Positions 28,655 to 37,591 of a stretch of 64,000 bases of DNA are shown piece after piece. The notes beneath the pieces are model-generated. The model did no database searches. It was given only the letters and a program-made list of their open reading frames with translations, and was not told where the DNA came from. The stretch covers positions 60,646-124,645 of the forward strand of contig CBDIBP010000043.1 in the NCBI GenBank assembly GCA_965276955.1, in the 5' to 3' direction. The position numbers were made by a program, and so were the translations under genes. Each line of letters starts with the position of its first letter. Within the stretch, counting starts at the first letter, position 1. The DNA is from Flavipsychrobacter sp. GTDB lineage: Bacteria > Bacteroidota > Bacteroidia > Chitinophagales > Chitinophagaceae.

Positions 28655-30388
28655 TCAATGTCCTTTATCTATAGACCTTGCCTTGGTCACTATCTCACGT
28701 ATTATTTCATCAAGGCATACCGCGGTCTCTTTTATACCCTCCAGCACCTGCAGGTTCAGCACATCATCTGCGTCTGCCATATTAAAGAGTTGCACTAACC
28801 CCAGTATGGTAGATACAGGCCCGCGCACCTTGTGCGATTGTATCCAGGATATTTCCTTCAGTTTTTGATTCTGCTCCTGTATCTGTATCATGTGCTGGCG
28901 GGTCTTTGTTATATCTCTTGAGAAGCAGGATATGCCCACCACATTATTTTGCAGGTCATGGATAGGATTTAGCGTTATCTCGGAAAAGGATATGCCAGTT
29001 GGGGTGTCGGCCGTCTCCACTATGGTGAAGCGTGCTCCTTTATAGCCTTGTTCGTAAATGGTTCTCCAGTATGCTACCGTTGATGCACCAAATATTTCTT
29101 CCGATATCACATTGCCTACTTCCTCCCGTGTTTTGTTATACCGGTTAGTTATGTTGTCCCAGAATGCCTGGTTGGCCACAAGTATGTTCAGGTCTTTATC
29201 AACAGACCATATGAGGTCTGATGTAGCATTGATGATGGAAAGCAGATTTTGCCTGTCGGCAAGGATCTTCATTTCCATCTGTTTGCGGTGCGTAATATCT
29301 TTAAAGAAGATGGTGAGACCATTGGGATTAGGATAAGCATTGGTAGAGACCCAATTGTTGAGGGTGGGAGAAAAGGCCTCGAACGATACATTCTTTTGGC
29401 CCTGTGCGGCAAGGTTGTATTTATGATATAGCTCTGTGTCTTTTAGCAGGGGAAACAATTGCCACAGGTTCTTGCCCAGTAGCTGGGCACTTGTCATACC
29501 ATACAGGTCCTCCAGCGCCTTATTCACAAAAGTGATGTTCCAGTCCTTGTCTACAGTATAAAAGCAATCGCTGATAGATGCCAGTATGTCTTCAAGTTCT
29601 TTAGTTTTCTGCTGTATAACTACATCGGAGGTCACCAGGCGCGTAATATCGATAGTGATACCGGCGAAAAGATCTTTTTCATTCCCGGAACCTATTATCA
29701 ATGCCCCCTTCCCCTTAAAATATTTCCAGTTGCCGTCCCTGGCCTGAAAACGAAACTCGTATTCCTGTATCTTGCCGCTCTGCTGCATTTGCGCAAAGGC
29801 TTCATGATATTGTTCCCGGTCATCGGGATGCATGCGCTCTATAAAAAGATCGGAATTACTGAGCAATTCCTGCTGTGTATAGCCCAAAAGCAGTTCGCAG
29901 GCATTATTGATATATACCAATTTGAGGTCATCAGGATCCCAAGACCATATTATCTCGTTCATAGACGATAACATGTCTTCGTACGCGTCTTTTGTAGTAT
30001 TGCGCAGGTAGTAGGGTATATGGGCCGCATTGTAGCTTTTCCGCGCAAGGGTCTTCCGCATCACAGGTGCCAGATCCTGGCCAATACGGTGCGCCAGCAC
30101 ATTATCATCGGCACCTGTGGTCATAGCTTTTATGCCATCCGCTTCACTGCCAGTAATGGCCACGATAGGTGTTTTGTGATTATTGGTAGCAGGGTATTCG
30201 GGAGGTCCATCCTGCTGTGTACTATCAATGAACAGGATGATAAGAGATACATTACCCATATCTATAGCATTGATATGGGTAACATTGGTAGTAATATTAA
30301 CTTCACTGGCAGGATAGATGCTTTTTATTAATTCTGCTATCTCGCTGCATTTTTGCGCGTTATATCCTATGATCAAAAAATGTTCCAT
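28655..30388 (-). CDS. Multi-PAS signalling protein with N-terminal receiver-like domain and C-terminal HisKA/DHp-like module but no ATPase domain
   Basis: The ~120-aa N-terminal domain is receiver-like (LIILFIDS...PIVAITG). About three PAS-type segments follow. An H-box-like IQSHKVRGPVSTILGLVQL lies 55 aa before the stop, and no HATPase_c coding capacity follows. Confidence 0.65.
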   Translation of the reverse strand: MEHFLIIGYNAQKCSEIAELIKSIYPASEVNITTNVTHINAIDMGNVSLIILFIDSTQQDGPPEYPATNNHKTPIVAITGSEADGIKAMTTGADDNVLAHRIGQDLAPVMRKTLARKSYNAAHIPYYLRNTTKDAYEDMLSSMNEIIWSWDPDDLKLVYINNACELLLGYTQQELLSNSDLFIERMHPDDREQYHEAFAQMQQSGKIQEYEFRFQARDGNWKYFKGKGALIIGSGNEKDLFAGITIDITRLVTSDVVIQQKTKELEDILASISDCFYTVDKDWNITFVNKALEDLYGMTSAQLLGKNLWQLFPLLKDTELYHKYNLAAQGQKNVSFEAFSPTLNNWVSTNAYPNPNGLTIFFKDITHRKQMEMKILADRQNLLSIINATSDLIWSVDKDLNILVANQAFWDNITNRYNKTREEVGNVISEEIFGASTVAYWRTIYEQGYKGARFTIVETADTPTGISFSEITLNPIHDLQNNVVGISCFSRDITKTRQHMIQIQEQNQKLKEISWIQSHKVRGPVSTILGLVQLFNMADADDVLNLQVLEGIKETAVCLDEIIREIVTKARSIDKGH

Positions 30389-30494
30389 CTCCTATCCTTC
30401 CATTAATATTAATGATGCTTTAAAGTTAATGATGTCATTTTTGTGAACATGGTAAAGGTATATAATTAAATTTTTCTTAATGGTCAAATGGTTT

Positions 30495-31595
30495 TTACAC
30501 ACAGCTTTTATTCTCCAACCATCTGTCTATCACCGGTATAAAGGCGTGAAAATCAAATTTCCGCCCGTCAGCTATGAAAGAAAGGTTTTTTAGGTTCTGC
30601 AATGTGGCCATGAGGTCGAAACCGGCCTGCTTCGCTGTGTAGAATACCCCCTTATCATACAGGTAGCGGGCCAGGTACTCTTGCTCTGGCTGCCCGGGTG
30701 TGGGTATAAGTATGGCTTTTTTGCGCAGCAATACCAGGTCCATAATGGTGGAGTACCCTGCCCGGCAAATGACCATATGGGCATCCTGCATCAATGCCTG
30801 CAATTGCCCCTGCTGCACCTGTGCATGCCACTGGATGTGTGCAGGCACCATCGCCGGAGGCATACAGCCGGCATGGCCGGCTACAAATACTACTGGTCCA
30901 TCGTATTGCATAGCTTGTTGCCACAGTATGCCCGCAAGTATGGTCCTTTGCGGCTCGGGGCCAGAGAGCAATATAAGCAGGGTGTTTGGAAGCGCTCCTG
31001 CACTTACAGGCGCATGTAGTTGAGAGAGTGGTCCTATATAAAAGGCATTGAGCGGCAGTATACGTGGATGGCTGAGACTCCCGGCAATATTAGACTCACT
31101 GGCATTATCCGGTACCCAGCACTTAGTAAAACGGCCAAGAAATTGGTAATGAAGTTTTTGCAGCACATCGTCCGCTATACGGCCCATGCCCGTTCGTATG
31201 CGCAACTGGTGGGTTATGATGACCGAGGGCACATTGGGGTGGTACAGTCCATACCGGTTATCGCTGATGATGCCATCGAAGTAGTGCTGGGCTACCTGCT
31301 GTTGCAGCCAGGCATGCTCTGCTTGTATGCGTTTTAGTATATGGGGCACCTGGGCAAGCAGGCGCAGCGCAAATGTGCTGCCTTTTTTGCTGTAGGTAAT
31401 GTTGTAGCCATCCAGGTGCAGGGTATCTACAGCAAGTGTTTTAGTGACGAAGGCACACTGAGCAGCATTGCCGGCAAAAGTGACCCTATGCCCCGCTGCC
31501 TGCAAGTACCTGATAATGGGTATGCAACGGGTGGTATGGCCCATACCCCAATCGAGCGGCGCCAATAACAAATGTTTAGCTTTGTTGGCGATCAA
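30495..31595 (-). CDS. Glycosyltransferase (GT-B fold, GT1/GT28 MGT-like)
   Basis: N-terminal LAPLDWGMGHTTRCIPIIRYLQAAGHRVTFAG and C-terminal RAGYSTIMD...PTPGQPEQ motifs are typical of MurG/MGT-like enzymes. Confidence 0.65.
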   Translation of the reverse strand: MIANKAKHLLLAPLDWGMGHTTRCIPIIRYLQAAGHRVTFAGNAAQCAFVTKTLAVDTLHLDGYNITYSKKGSTFALRLLAQVPHILKRIQAEHAWLQQQVAQHYFDGIISDNRYGLYHPNVPSVIITHQLRIRTGMGRIADDVLQKLHYQFLGRFTKCWVPDNASESNIAGSLSHPRILPLNAFYIGPLSQLHAPVSAGALPNTLLILLSGPEPQRTILAGILWQQAMQYDGPVVFVAGHAGCMPPAMVPAHIQWHAQVQQGQLQALMQDAHMVICRAGYSTIMDLVLLRKKAILIPTPGQPEQEYLARYLYDKGVFYTAKQAGFDLMATLQNLKNLSFIADGRKFDFHAFIPVIDRWLENKSCV

Positions 31596-31626
31596 TTTTG
31601 CTTATTTTTACAATACAAGTAGGAAA

Positions 31627-31782
31627 ATGTTGGTGCATAGGAAAAACAAATTTATAGTTTGTACGTTAATATTATCAGTTGTATTGATGATGGCACAAAG
31701 TTGTAGGGTAAATCCTAAGAAGTGCGGATGCGGTGCAGATATAAATGGCATATACAAGACCAAAGGCAGAAGAAGCTATTAA
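31627..31782 (+). CDS. Possible 51-aa Cys-rich lipoprotein
   Basis: An internal Met of the listed ORF gives MLVHRKNKFIVCTLILSVVLMMAQSC (signal plus lipobox). The upstream part of the listed ORF overlaps the glycosyltransferase gene. Confidence 0.3.
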   Translation: MLVHRKNKFIVCTLILSVVLMMAQSCRVNPKKCGCGADINGIYKTKGRRSY

Positions 31783-31794
31783 AACATATATATC

Positions 31795-32037
31795 ATGTGG
31801 GGCAAGCAAGACAAAGTTTGGTTACATTATGTAAAAGACATCATAGCTGCTGATGTATATTCAGCCGTATTCTTAGCCTCCTACCTGCGTTATGCATCGC
31901 TCAACAAAACTCATGTAGCTTTTCTTGAGATAATAGACCTGCAAAAGTACAAGGTCATTAAACAAAAGAACAAAGTACGGGTAGCACTAAAAGAACGTGC
32001 AGACGTACCTTTTGTATTCGTAGTATGTCGTAATTAA
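31795..32037 (+). CDS. Hypothetical 80-aa protein
   Basis: The ORF is followed by a strong terminator. I recognise no motif. Confidence 0.35.
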   Translation: MWGKQDKVWLHYVKDIIAADVYSAVFLASYLRYASLNKTHVAFLEIIDLQKYKVIKQKNKVRVALKERADVPFVFVVCRN

Positions 32038-32057
32038 TAAACTCGCTTTATATAGAG

Positions 32058-32095
32058 AAATGGCCATCCTGAAAAGGATGGCCATTTTTATTTTG
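32058..32095 (+). terminator. Rho-independent terminator
   Basis: aaatggccatcc-tgaaa-aggatggccattt perfect stem followed by tttattttg. Confidence 0.7.
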
Positions 32096-32354
32096 TGGAA
32101 TTATTTGCCCTCCCTTTTAAGTCTACGTCGTTATTCCGCTGGTACAGTGGGCAATAACTCACACTGCTATAACTTATACTGCAAAATGTATATAAAAATA
32201 ATCCACACTTAATATTATTGTTATAAGACAATGTGGGGAAGAGTATTGGGTAAGATGATATTTAGAAAAAATACTTTCCGTACTTAAATCTAAACTGGAA
32301 GTACCTACGTATTTGAAGAAGGAAACGATTGCATAACAAAAATCAATTTTAACT

Positions 32355-33056
32355 ATGAAAACAACAACAGAACAGCATTTCGAAGAACTCGAAAAGGCTT
32401 CGGGACTGTCTCGCAGAAATTTCTTCCAGTATGCCGGCGGACTGGTAGCAGCGGGTACATTAGTATCTGCAGCCGCCTGTACAAAAAGCAGTAGCAGCAA
32501 CAATAGCGTTAACCTGGGTAGTGGTGACACAGGCATACTGAACTATGCGTATGCACTGGAACAGCTGGAAGCCGCATTCTACACAAACGTTGTAGCATCA
32601 GCCAGCTTTTCAAGTATTTTTAATACTGATGAGCAATCTTTGCTTACGGACATTCGTGACCACGAAGTGGCACACCGCGAATTTTTTAAAGCAGCTTTGG
32701 GGTCTGCAGCTATCATGGGCCTGACGCCAAATTTCGCTACCATCGATTTTACCAACAGAACAAGTGTTTTGACAGCAGCTATGACTTTTGAAGATCTTGG
32801 TGTATCAGCATATAACTATGCCGGTACAAAAATATCTGTAGCAGGTGTGGCTTACCTTGGTCTGGCAGGCAAGATAGTTTCTGTAGAGGCCCGTCACGCG
32901 GCGACGATACGCGATATGATCAACTATGCTGGATTTACTTTTGCCGATACACTTGATGGTAATGGTCTTGACCAGGCAAATCCTTATAGTGTAGTACTTG
33001 GTGCTGCTGGAAAGTATGTAACTAATAGTATTGACTATAGCCACTTACCACAATAG
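32355..33056 (+). CDS. Ferritin-like domain protein with Tat signal and lipobox
   Basis: SRRNFFQYAGGLVAAGTLVSAAAC twin-arginine leader. The body has paired E..H-type helices (LEQLEAAFY, HEVAHREF, VEARHAA). Confidence 0.65.
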   Translation: MKTTTEQHFEELEKASGLSRRNFFQYAGGLVAAGTLVSAAACTKSSSSNNSVNLGSGDTGILNYAYALEQLEAAFYTNVVASASFSSIFNTDEQSLLTDIRDHEVAHREFFKAALGSAAIMGLTPNFATIDFTNRTSVLTAAMTFEDLGVSAYNYAGTKISVAGVAYLGLAGKIVSVEARHAATIRDMINYAGFTFADTLDGNGLDQANPYSVVLGAAGKYVTNSIDYSHLPQ

Positions 33057-33093
33057 ATCACCCATCATTCATTAAAACAAAAAAATTAATTTT

Positions 33094-33942
33094 ATGGATT
33101 TCAAGAATATAGTAAATCAGATAGCAGAAACAGATCCTGAGTTTTTTGAAAGGATCAGCCCACGCCGCAAAATATTGCAGAGCTTCGGGTCAAAGGTTGC
33201 AGTAGCTGCAATTCCCTTTGCATTAGGAGCTTTGTTCAACAAGGCTTATGGCAAAACGACCAATGCCGCAACAGATGCATTGAACTTTGCCCTGGAGCTG
33301 GAATACCTGGAGTATAACTTTTATCAAACGGCCATCAATGTTTCGGGCCTGATACCCAGCGCTGACCTTGGTGGTTTTGATAAGATACGGATCCACGAAA
33401 ATCAACATGTTGATTTTCTGAAAACAGCATTGACAGGAGCCGGTGTAGTTCCATATACACCAACTGTTAACTATTCAGGTTCCGATTATACTCCAAATAG
33501 TTATGACTTTACTGCTGGTGGTCTATTACCCGACTATTTTGGTACCAAAGACTATGCTACATTCCTGGTAGTATCACAAACTTTTGAAGATACAGGTGTT
33601 CGCGCCTACAAGGGCCAGGCAGGTAACCTGCAGTCTACCCCTTATCTGCTGCCTGCTTTGCAGATACACTCTGCCGAAGCACGCCATGCAGCGCACGTAC
33701 GTAAACTGCGCAGAGCGCTGGGAGCAACTGCTAACAAACCATGGATAACAGGCAACATGGCTCCTGCGCCAGTAGTGCAGGGCAACTATAATGGGGAGGA
33801 TAATGTAGCACAAGGTGGCGTTACCATTACTTCACTATCAGGAGTTAATGGCAATGTATCGATGAATGCTGCTACAGAGTCGTTTGACGAACCTTTGGAT
33901 AAAACAACGGTTGCTGGTCTTGTAGCACCGTTCATCAGGTAA
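33094..33942 (+). CDS. Ferritin-like domain protein, probable Tat substrate
   Basis: SPRRKILQSFGSKVAVAAIPFALGAL leader. LELEYLEYNFY, HENQHVDF and AEARHAAHV motifs parallel the upstream paralogue. Confidence 0.6.
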   Translation: MDFKNIVNQIAETDPEFFERISPRRKILQSFGSKVAVAAIPFALGALFNKAYGKTTNAATDALNFALELEYLEYNFYQTAINVSGLIPSADLGGFDKIRIHENQHVDFLKTALTGAGVVPYTPTVNYSGSDYTPNSYDFTAGGLLPDYFGTKDYATFLVVSQTFEDTGVRAYKGQAGNLQSTPYLLPALQIHSAEARHAAHVRKLRRALGATANKPWITGNMAPAPVVQGNYNGEDNVAQGGVTITSLSGVNGNVSMNAATESFDEPLDKTTVAGLVAPFIR

Positions 33943-33969
33943 CAAATATCTCCCAGTTCATTTATACTA

Positions 33970-34001
33970 CCGGTTCGCTACATCAGCGAACCGGTTTTTT
34001 T
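33970..34001 (+). terminator. Rho-independent terminator
   Basis: ccggttcgct-acatc-agcgaaccgg stem followed by a T7 run. Confidence 0.75.
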
Positions 34002-34104
34002 AATGGTCATTCCGGTATAAGATATTTTGAGGAGTATGGGCAAAAAAATTGCCGGACTCCCGGCCGGCAACTACTCGTTGTTCATGTTGTTTTTATCAAC
34101 TGCA

Positions 34105-34329
34105 CTATACTTTCGGTGTTTCTTCTTTAGGTTTTAAGCTGGCTTCTATTTCGGTCTTAACGCCGTCTTTCGCTGCGTTAAAATCACGTATGCCTTTCCC
34201 AATGCCTTTTGCCAGCTCAGGTATTTTTTTGCCCCCGAACAATACAACAACAATAAGAAGTATCCATATCAGTTGGCCGCCTTCTGGTATGTGCATAAGC
34301 AGTTCTGGTTTTATCGCTAATAATAACAT
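34105..34329 (-). CDS. tatA: Twin-arginine translocase TatA/TatE family subunit
   Basis: LIWILLIVVVLFGGKKIPELAKGIGKGIRDF is the TatA TM helix plus hinge/amphipathic-helix signature. The start could instead be the Met at 34296. Confidence 0.8.
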   Translation of the reverse strand: MLLLAIKPELLMHIPEGGQLIWILLIVVVLFGGKKIPELAKGIGKGIRDFNAAKDGVKTEIEASLKPKEETPKV

Positions 34330-34459
34330 AATGATGAGTTTTATTAATGTTTTTAAATATAGTGCGCTGCACGTGTATCTATATACGTATCTGCTGTATG
34401 GCCGGATGTTTTGACCGCAATAAAATATATGGGTTTAATGCTGAAATGACACAGAAATG

Positions 34460-36901
34460 TTAAACCGGGTCCACATCAAAAACTATCTGCAGGTTGGTGA
34501 GGCCGCGCTGCCCGGTTATGTATTGCTTTTGCGCTTTCAGAAATGCTTTTACATTATCGATGGTCTTACCATCGCGCGGGCATTTTACCCATATCTCCCT
34601 GATGTACATATTGCGTACCCGTGCTATTATAGCGGGCCCTGGTCCTTGCACTATCACACCATCTACACCAGCCAGCGCAGTAGCCATCAGGTCGGCACCC
34701 TTTATAGCATTGTTCTCGTCAACATGCCTGAATATTATTTTGATAAGCCTGGAGAATGGAGGGTACCAAAAGAACTGCCGGTACTGTATCTCATTACTAT
34801 AGAAGGTATGTACATCATGCGCTTGCACCCACTCCAGCACCGGGTGCTTCAGGTTGTAGGCCTGCAGTATCACTTTGCCTGCACCGTCGGTGCGTCCTGC
34901 TCTGCCACTCACTTGCTCCATCAGCTGAAAGGCACGCTCGTTCACCCTGAAATCGGGGAAAGATAACAGGCTATCGGCATTTAATATGCCTACCAGCGCC
35001 ACGCCTGCAAAGTCAAGGCCCTTTACTACCATTTGTGTACCTACAAGTATGTCTACTTTGCGTGCATCGATGCGCGTCAGTAGTTCACTCATACTTTTTT
35101 TGCCGCGCATACTATCCACATCCATGCGTTCCACTCTTGCCTCCGGAAATATCTGCTTTATCTCTTCCTCTATTTTTTCAGTACCATAACTTTTGCTGGT
35201 AAGCTTGTTGCTGCCGCACTGTGGGCAAGTATGCAGCACAGATGCCTTCATGCCGCAATAGTGGCAATGCATTTTATCGGTACTCTTGTGGTAGGTGAGC
35301 GATACTGCACAGTTCTTGCACTGCGGCACGAACCCGCACACCATACACACCTGGAAGGGCGCATACCCCCTGCGGTTCTGGAAAAGTATTACCTGGCGTT
35401 TTTGCTGCAATGCCTCTATTATGGCTTGCTGCAGCATTGGGGTTATCATTTTGCTGCCGTTCGTTCCTGTATCCACGGTTTGCAGGCTCACCAGTTGTAT
35501 CACAGGCATCTCTACACCCAGGTAGCGCTCTTTTAGTGCCACGTAAGCGTACTTATTGTGCTGCACGTTGTATAGGCTTTCTATAGATGGTGTGGCGGAC
35601 CCAAGTATCACCTTTGCGCCATGCAGCCCTGCAAGGTATATTGCCGCATCGCGCGCATGAAAACGCGGCGCCGGGTCTTTCTGCTTGTACGATCCGTCAT
35701 GCTCCTCATCGGCCACTATAAGTCCCACGTCGCTATAGGGCAGCCACAGTGCCGATCGTGGCCCTATCACCAATTTATATCCTCCCTTCCGCACTTTCTC
35801 CCATATCTCTACGCGCTCATTATTGCTGAAGCGGGAGTGATACACACCCATATCCTCGCCAAAGTAAGCCATGAGCCGGCTGACCAGCTGAGTGGTAAGA
35901 GCGATCTCCGGCAGCAGGAATATAGCCTGCCTGCCACTGGCTATGCATTCTTTTATTTTACGAACGTAGAGCTGTGTCTTACCGCTACCGGTCACCCCAT
36001 GCAGCAGCACAACGTTCTTTTCCTCCAGTCCCATTCCCAGCTTGGCATATGCCTCTTGCTGGGCGGGGGTAAATAGTATTTCATTAGTGGGTTGCTTACC
36101 GGTGTATTGCAGTCTGTCAGTGTCTTTATCTTCCAGTATGAATATCCCTTTGTCGGCAAGCGCTTTTACCTGTGCTGCTGTGGTGCCGGTGCGCTCTACA
36201 AGGTCTTGCCTGCGCACAAAACCATGCTTTACAGATAGCTCGGTATAGGCCATCAGTAGCTCCAGTTGCTTGGGTGCACGGGAGAGGGTATCAAATAGTT
36301 TTATCAGTGCCTGCTCGTTGCCATATTCTGGCGCCAGGGTCACTATTTTTTCTTTCTTAGGTGCATAGCTGGGTTCCAGGCTGTCGTTTATCAGCACCAC
36401 CTGTTGCTCCAGCAGTTCGTTCAGCACTTGTGCAAAATGCCGCAAGCCTACTATAGCGCGCAGGTCGCTCAGGCTTATCTCTTTTCGTTGTTCCAGTGCA
36501 GCTACTGCCTCCTGTGCAGCTTCGCTCCATTCGTATAGTACATCGGGTTCTGCGTTCCATATCAAGCTGGTCTCGGCCATCAGCTTCAGGTGTGCGGGCA
36601 GGGCAGCCTGCATCACTTCGCCGGGTGCAGCCATATAGTACTGGCATACCCACCTCCAAAAGGTGAGTTGTATCTCATTCACTACAGGGTGCTCATCCAG
36701 CACATTCTTTATGGGCTTTACCGTATAGTTATCGGGTTTGTTATCATGCAGGCGGTCTATGATACCTGCATATTGCTTGTTGCGCCCCAGCGATACCTCT
36801 ACCCGCATGCCTGCCTGCAGCGTGCCCTGCAGGGCTTCCGGCACTCCGTAGGTAAGTGTCTGCGGCAGGTTGAGTGGGACTATGATATCGGCAAAACGCA
36901 T
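34460..36901 (-). CDS. priA: Primosomal protein N' (replication restart helicase PriA)
   Basis: Walker A GVTGSGKTQ, DEEHD box, and the Cys-rich zinc insertion (CMVCGFVPQCKNCAVSLTYH...CHYCG...CPQCGS). 813 aa. Confidence 0.9.
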   Translation of the reverse strand: MRFADIIVPLNLPQTLTYGVPEALQGTLQAGMRVEVSLGRNKQYAGIIDRLHDNKPDNYTVKPIKNVLDEHPVVNEIQLTFWRWVCQYYMAAPGEVMQAALPAHLKLMAETSLIWNAEPDVLYEWSEAAQEAVAALEQRKEISLSDLRAIVGLRHFAQVLNELLEQQVVLINDSLEPSYAPKKEKIVTLAPEYGNEQALIKLFDTLSRAPKQLELLMAYTELSVKHGFVRRQDLVERTGTTAAQVKALADKGIFILEDKDTDRLQYTGKQPTNEILFTPAQQEAYAKLGMGLEEKNVVLLHGVTGSGKTQLYVRKIKECIASGRQAIFLLPEIALTTQLVSRLMAYFGEDMGVYHSRFSNNERVEIWEKVRKGGYKLVIGPRSALWLPYSDVGLIVADEEHDGSYKQKDPAPRFHARDAAIYLAGLHGAKVILGSATPSIESLYNVQHNKYAYVALKERYLGVEMPVIQLVSLQTVDTGTNGSKMITPMLQQAIIEALQQKRQVILFQNRRGYAPFQVCMVCGFVPQCKNCAVSLTYHKSTDKMHCHYCGMKASVLHTCPQCGSNKLTSKSYGTEKIEEEIKQIFPEARVERMDVDSMRGKKSMSELLTRIDARKVDILVGTQMVVKGLDFAGVALVGILNADSLLSFPDFRVNERAFQLMEQVSGRAGRTDGAGKVILQAYNLKHPVLEWVQAHDVHTFYSNEIQYRQFFWYPPFSRLIKIIFRHVDENNAIKGADLMATALAGVDGVIVQGPGPAIIARVRNMYIREIWVKCPRDGKTIDNVKAFLKAQKQYITGQRGLTNLQIVFDVDPV

Positions 36902-36999
36902 GGTAATGAGCAGGTAAACATTTAATTTAGCATAAAGCGCTTACCCATTTCATATGCAATATACACTGGTGGGCTGCCTGTTTCCAAATAACTGGTGTT

Positions 37000-37539
37000 A
37001 TGGCCGATGCGAAAATATTTATAGAGACCGAAAGATTATTCCTTCGAGAACTGGTACCGGAAGACGCCGAAGGTATGTTCGCGCTGGACAGCGACACCGA
37101 AGTGCACCACTACATAGGCCAACAACCTGTGAGAACTATAGAGGAAAGCCGCCAGGTAATAGAAATACTACGGGCACAATATGCAGCCAATGGTATAGGC
37201 CGCTGGGCTGTTATAGAAAAGACTACAGGGCAATTCATTGGGTGGAGCGGCTTGAAGCTGGATAAAGTACTTACTAATGGATATATAAACTACTACGACC
37301 TGGGATATCGCTTTATGACAAAGCATTGGGGCAAGGGCTATGCAACAGAGGCTGCTAAAGCATGGGTCAAGTATGGTTTTGAGACCATGGGCTTAAAAGA
37401 GATATTCGGGCGGGTAAATGTGGACAATATAGCTTCGCAAAAAGTAATTGAAAATGCAGGGTTGAAATATGTGAATACTTTTGACTGTGAAGGGATAAAG
37501 CATAAGTGGTATAGAGCTATAGATGCCAAAACCATTTAA
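37000..37539 (+). CDS. GNAT family N-acetyltransferase (RimJ/RimL-like)
   Basis: TERLFLREL...HWGKGYATEA acetyl-CoA-binding motif. 179 aa. Confidence 0.75.
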   Translation: MADAKIFIETERLFLRELVPEDAEGMFALDSDTEVHHYIGQQPVRTIEESRQVIEILRAQYAANGIGRWAVIEKTTGQFIGWSGLKLDKVLTNGYINYYDLGYRFMTKHWGKGYATEAAKAWVKYGFETMGLKEIFGRVNVDNIASQKVIENAGLKYVNTFDCEGIKHKWYRAIDAKTI

Positions 37540-37555
37540 ATAGCACAGGTATCCG

Positions 37556-37563
37556 TACCTTTG
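37556..37563 (+). promoter_or_regulatory. Bacteroidota -7 promoter box (TAnnTTTG) for clpX
   Basis: tacctttg lies 29 nt upstream of the ATG at 37592. Confidence 0.45.
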
Positions 37564-37591
37564 CAGACAAATAATATATTTCTGATAGATA

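Noticed and set aside
34049-34414. 121-aa plus-strand ORF opposite tatA.
   Set aside because: The minus strand encodes a canonical TatA motif (LFGGKKIPEL). The plus-strand ORF is its shadow.
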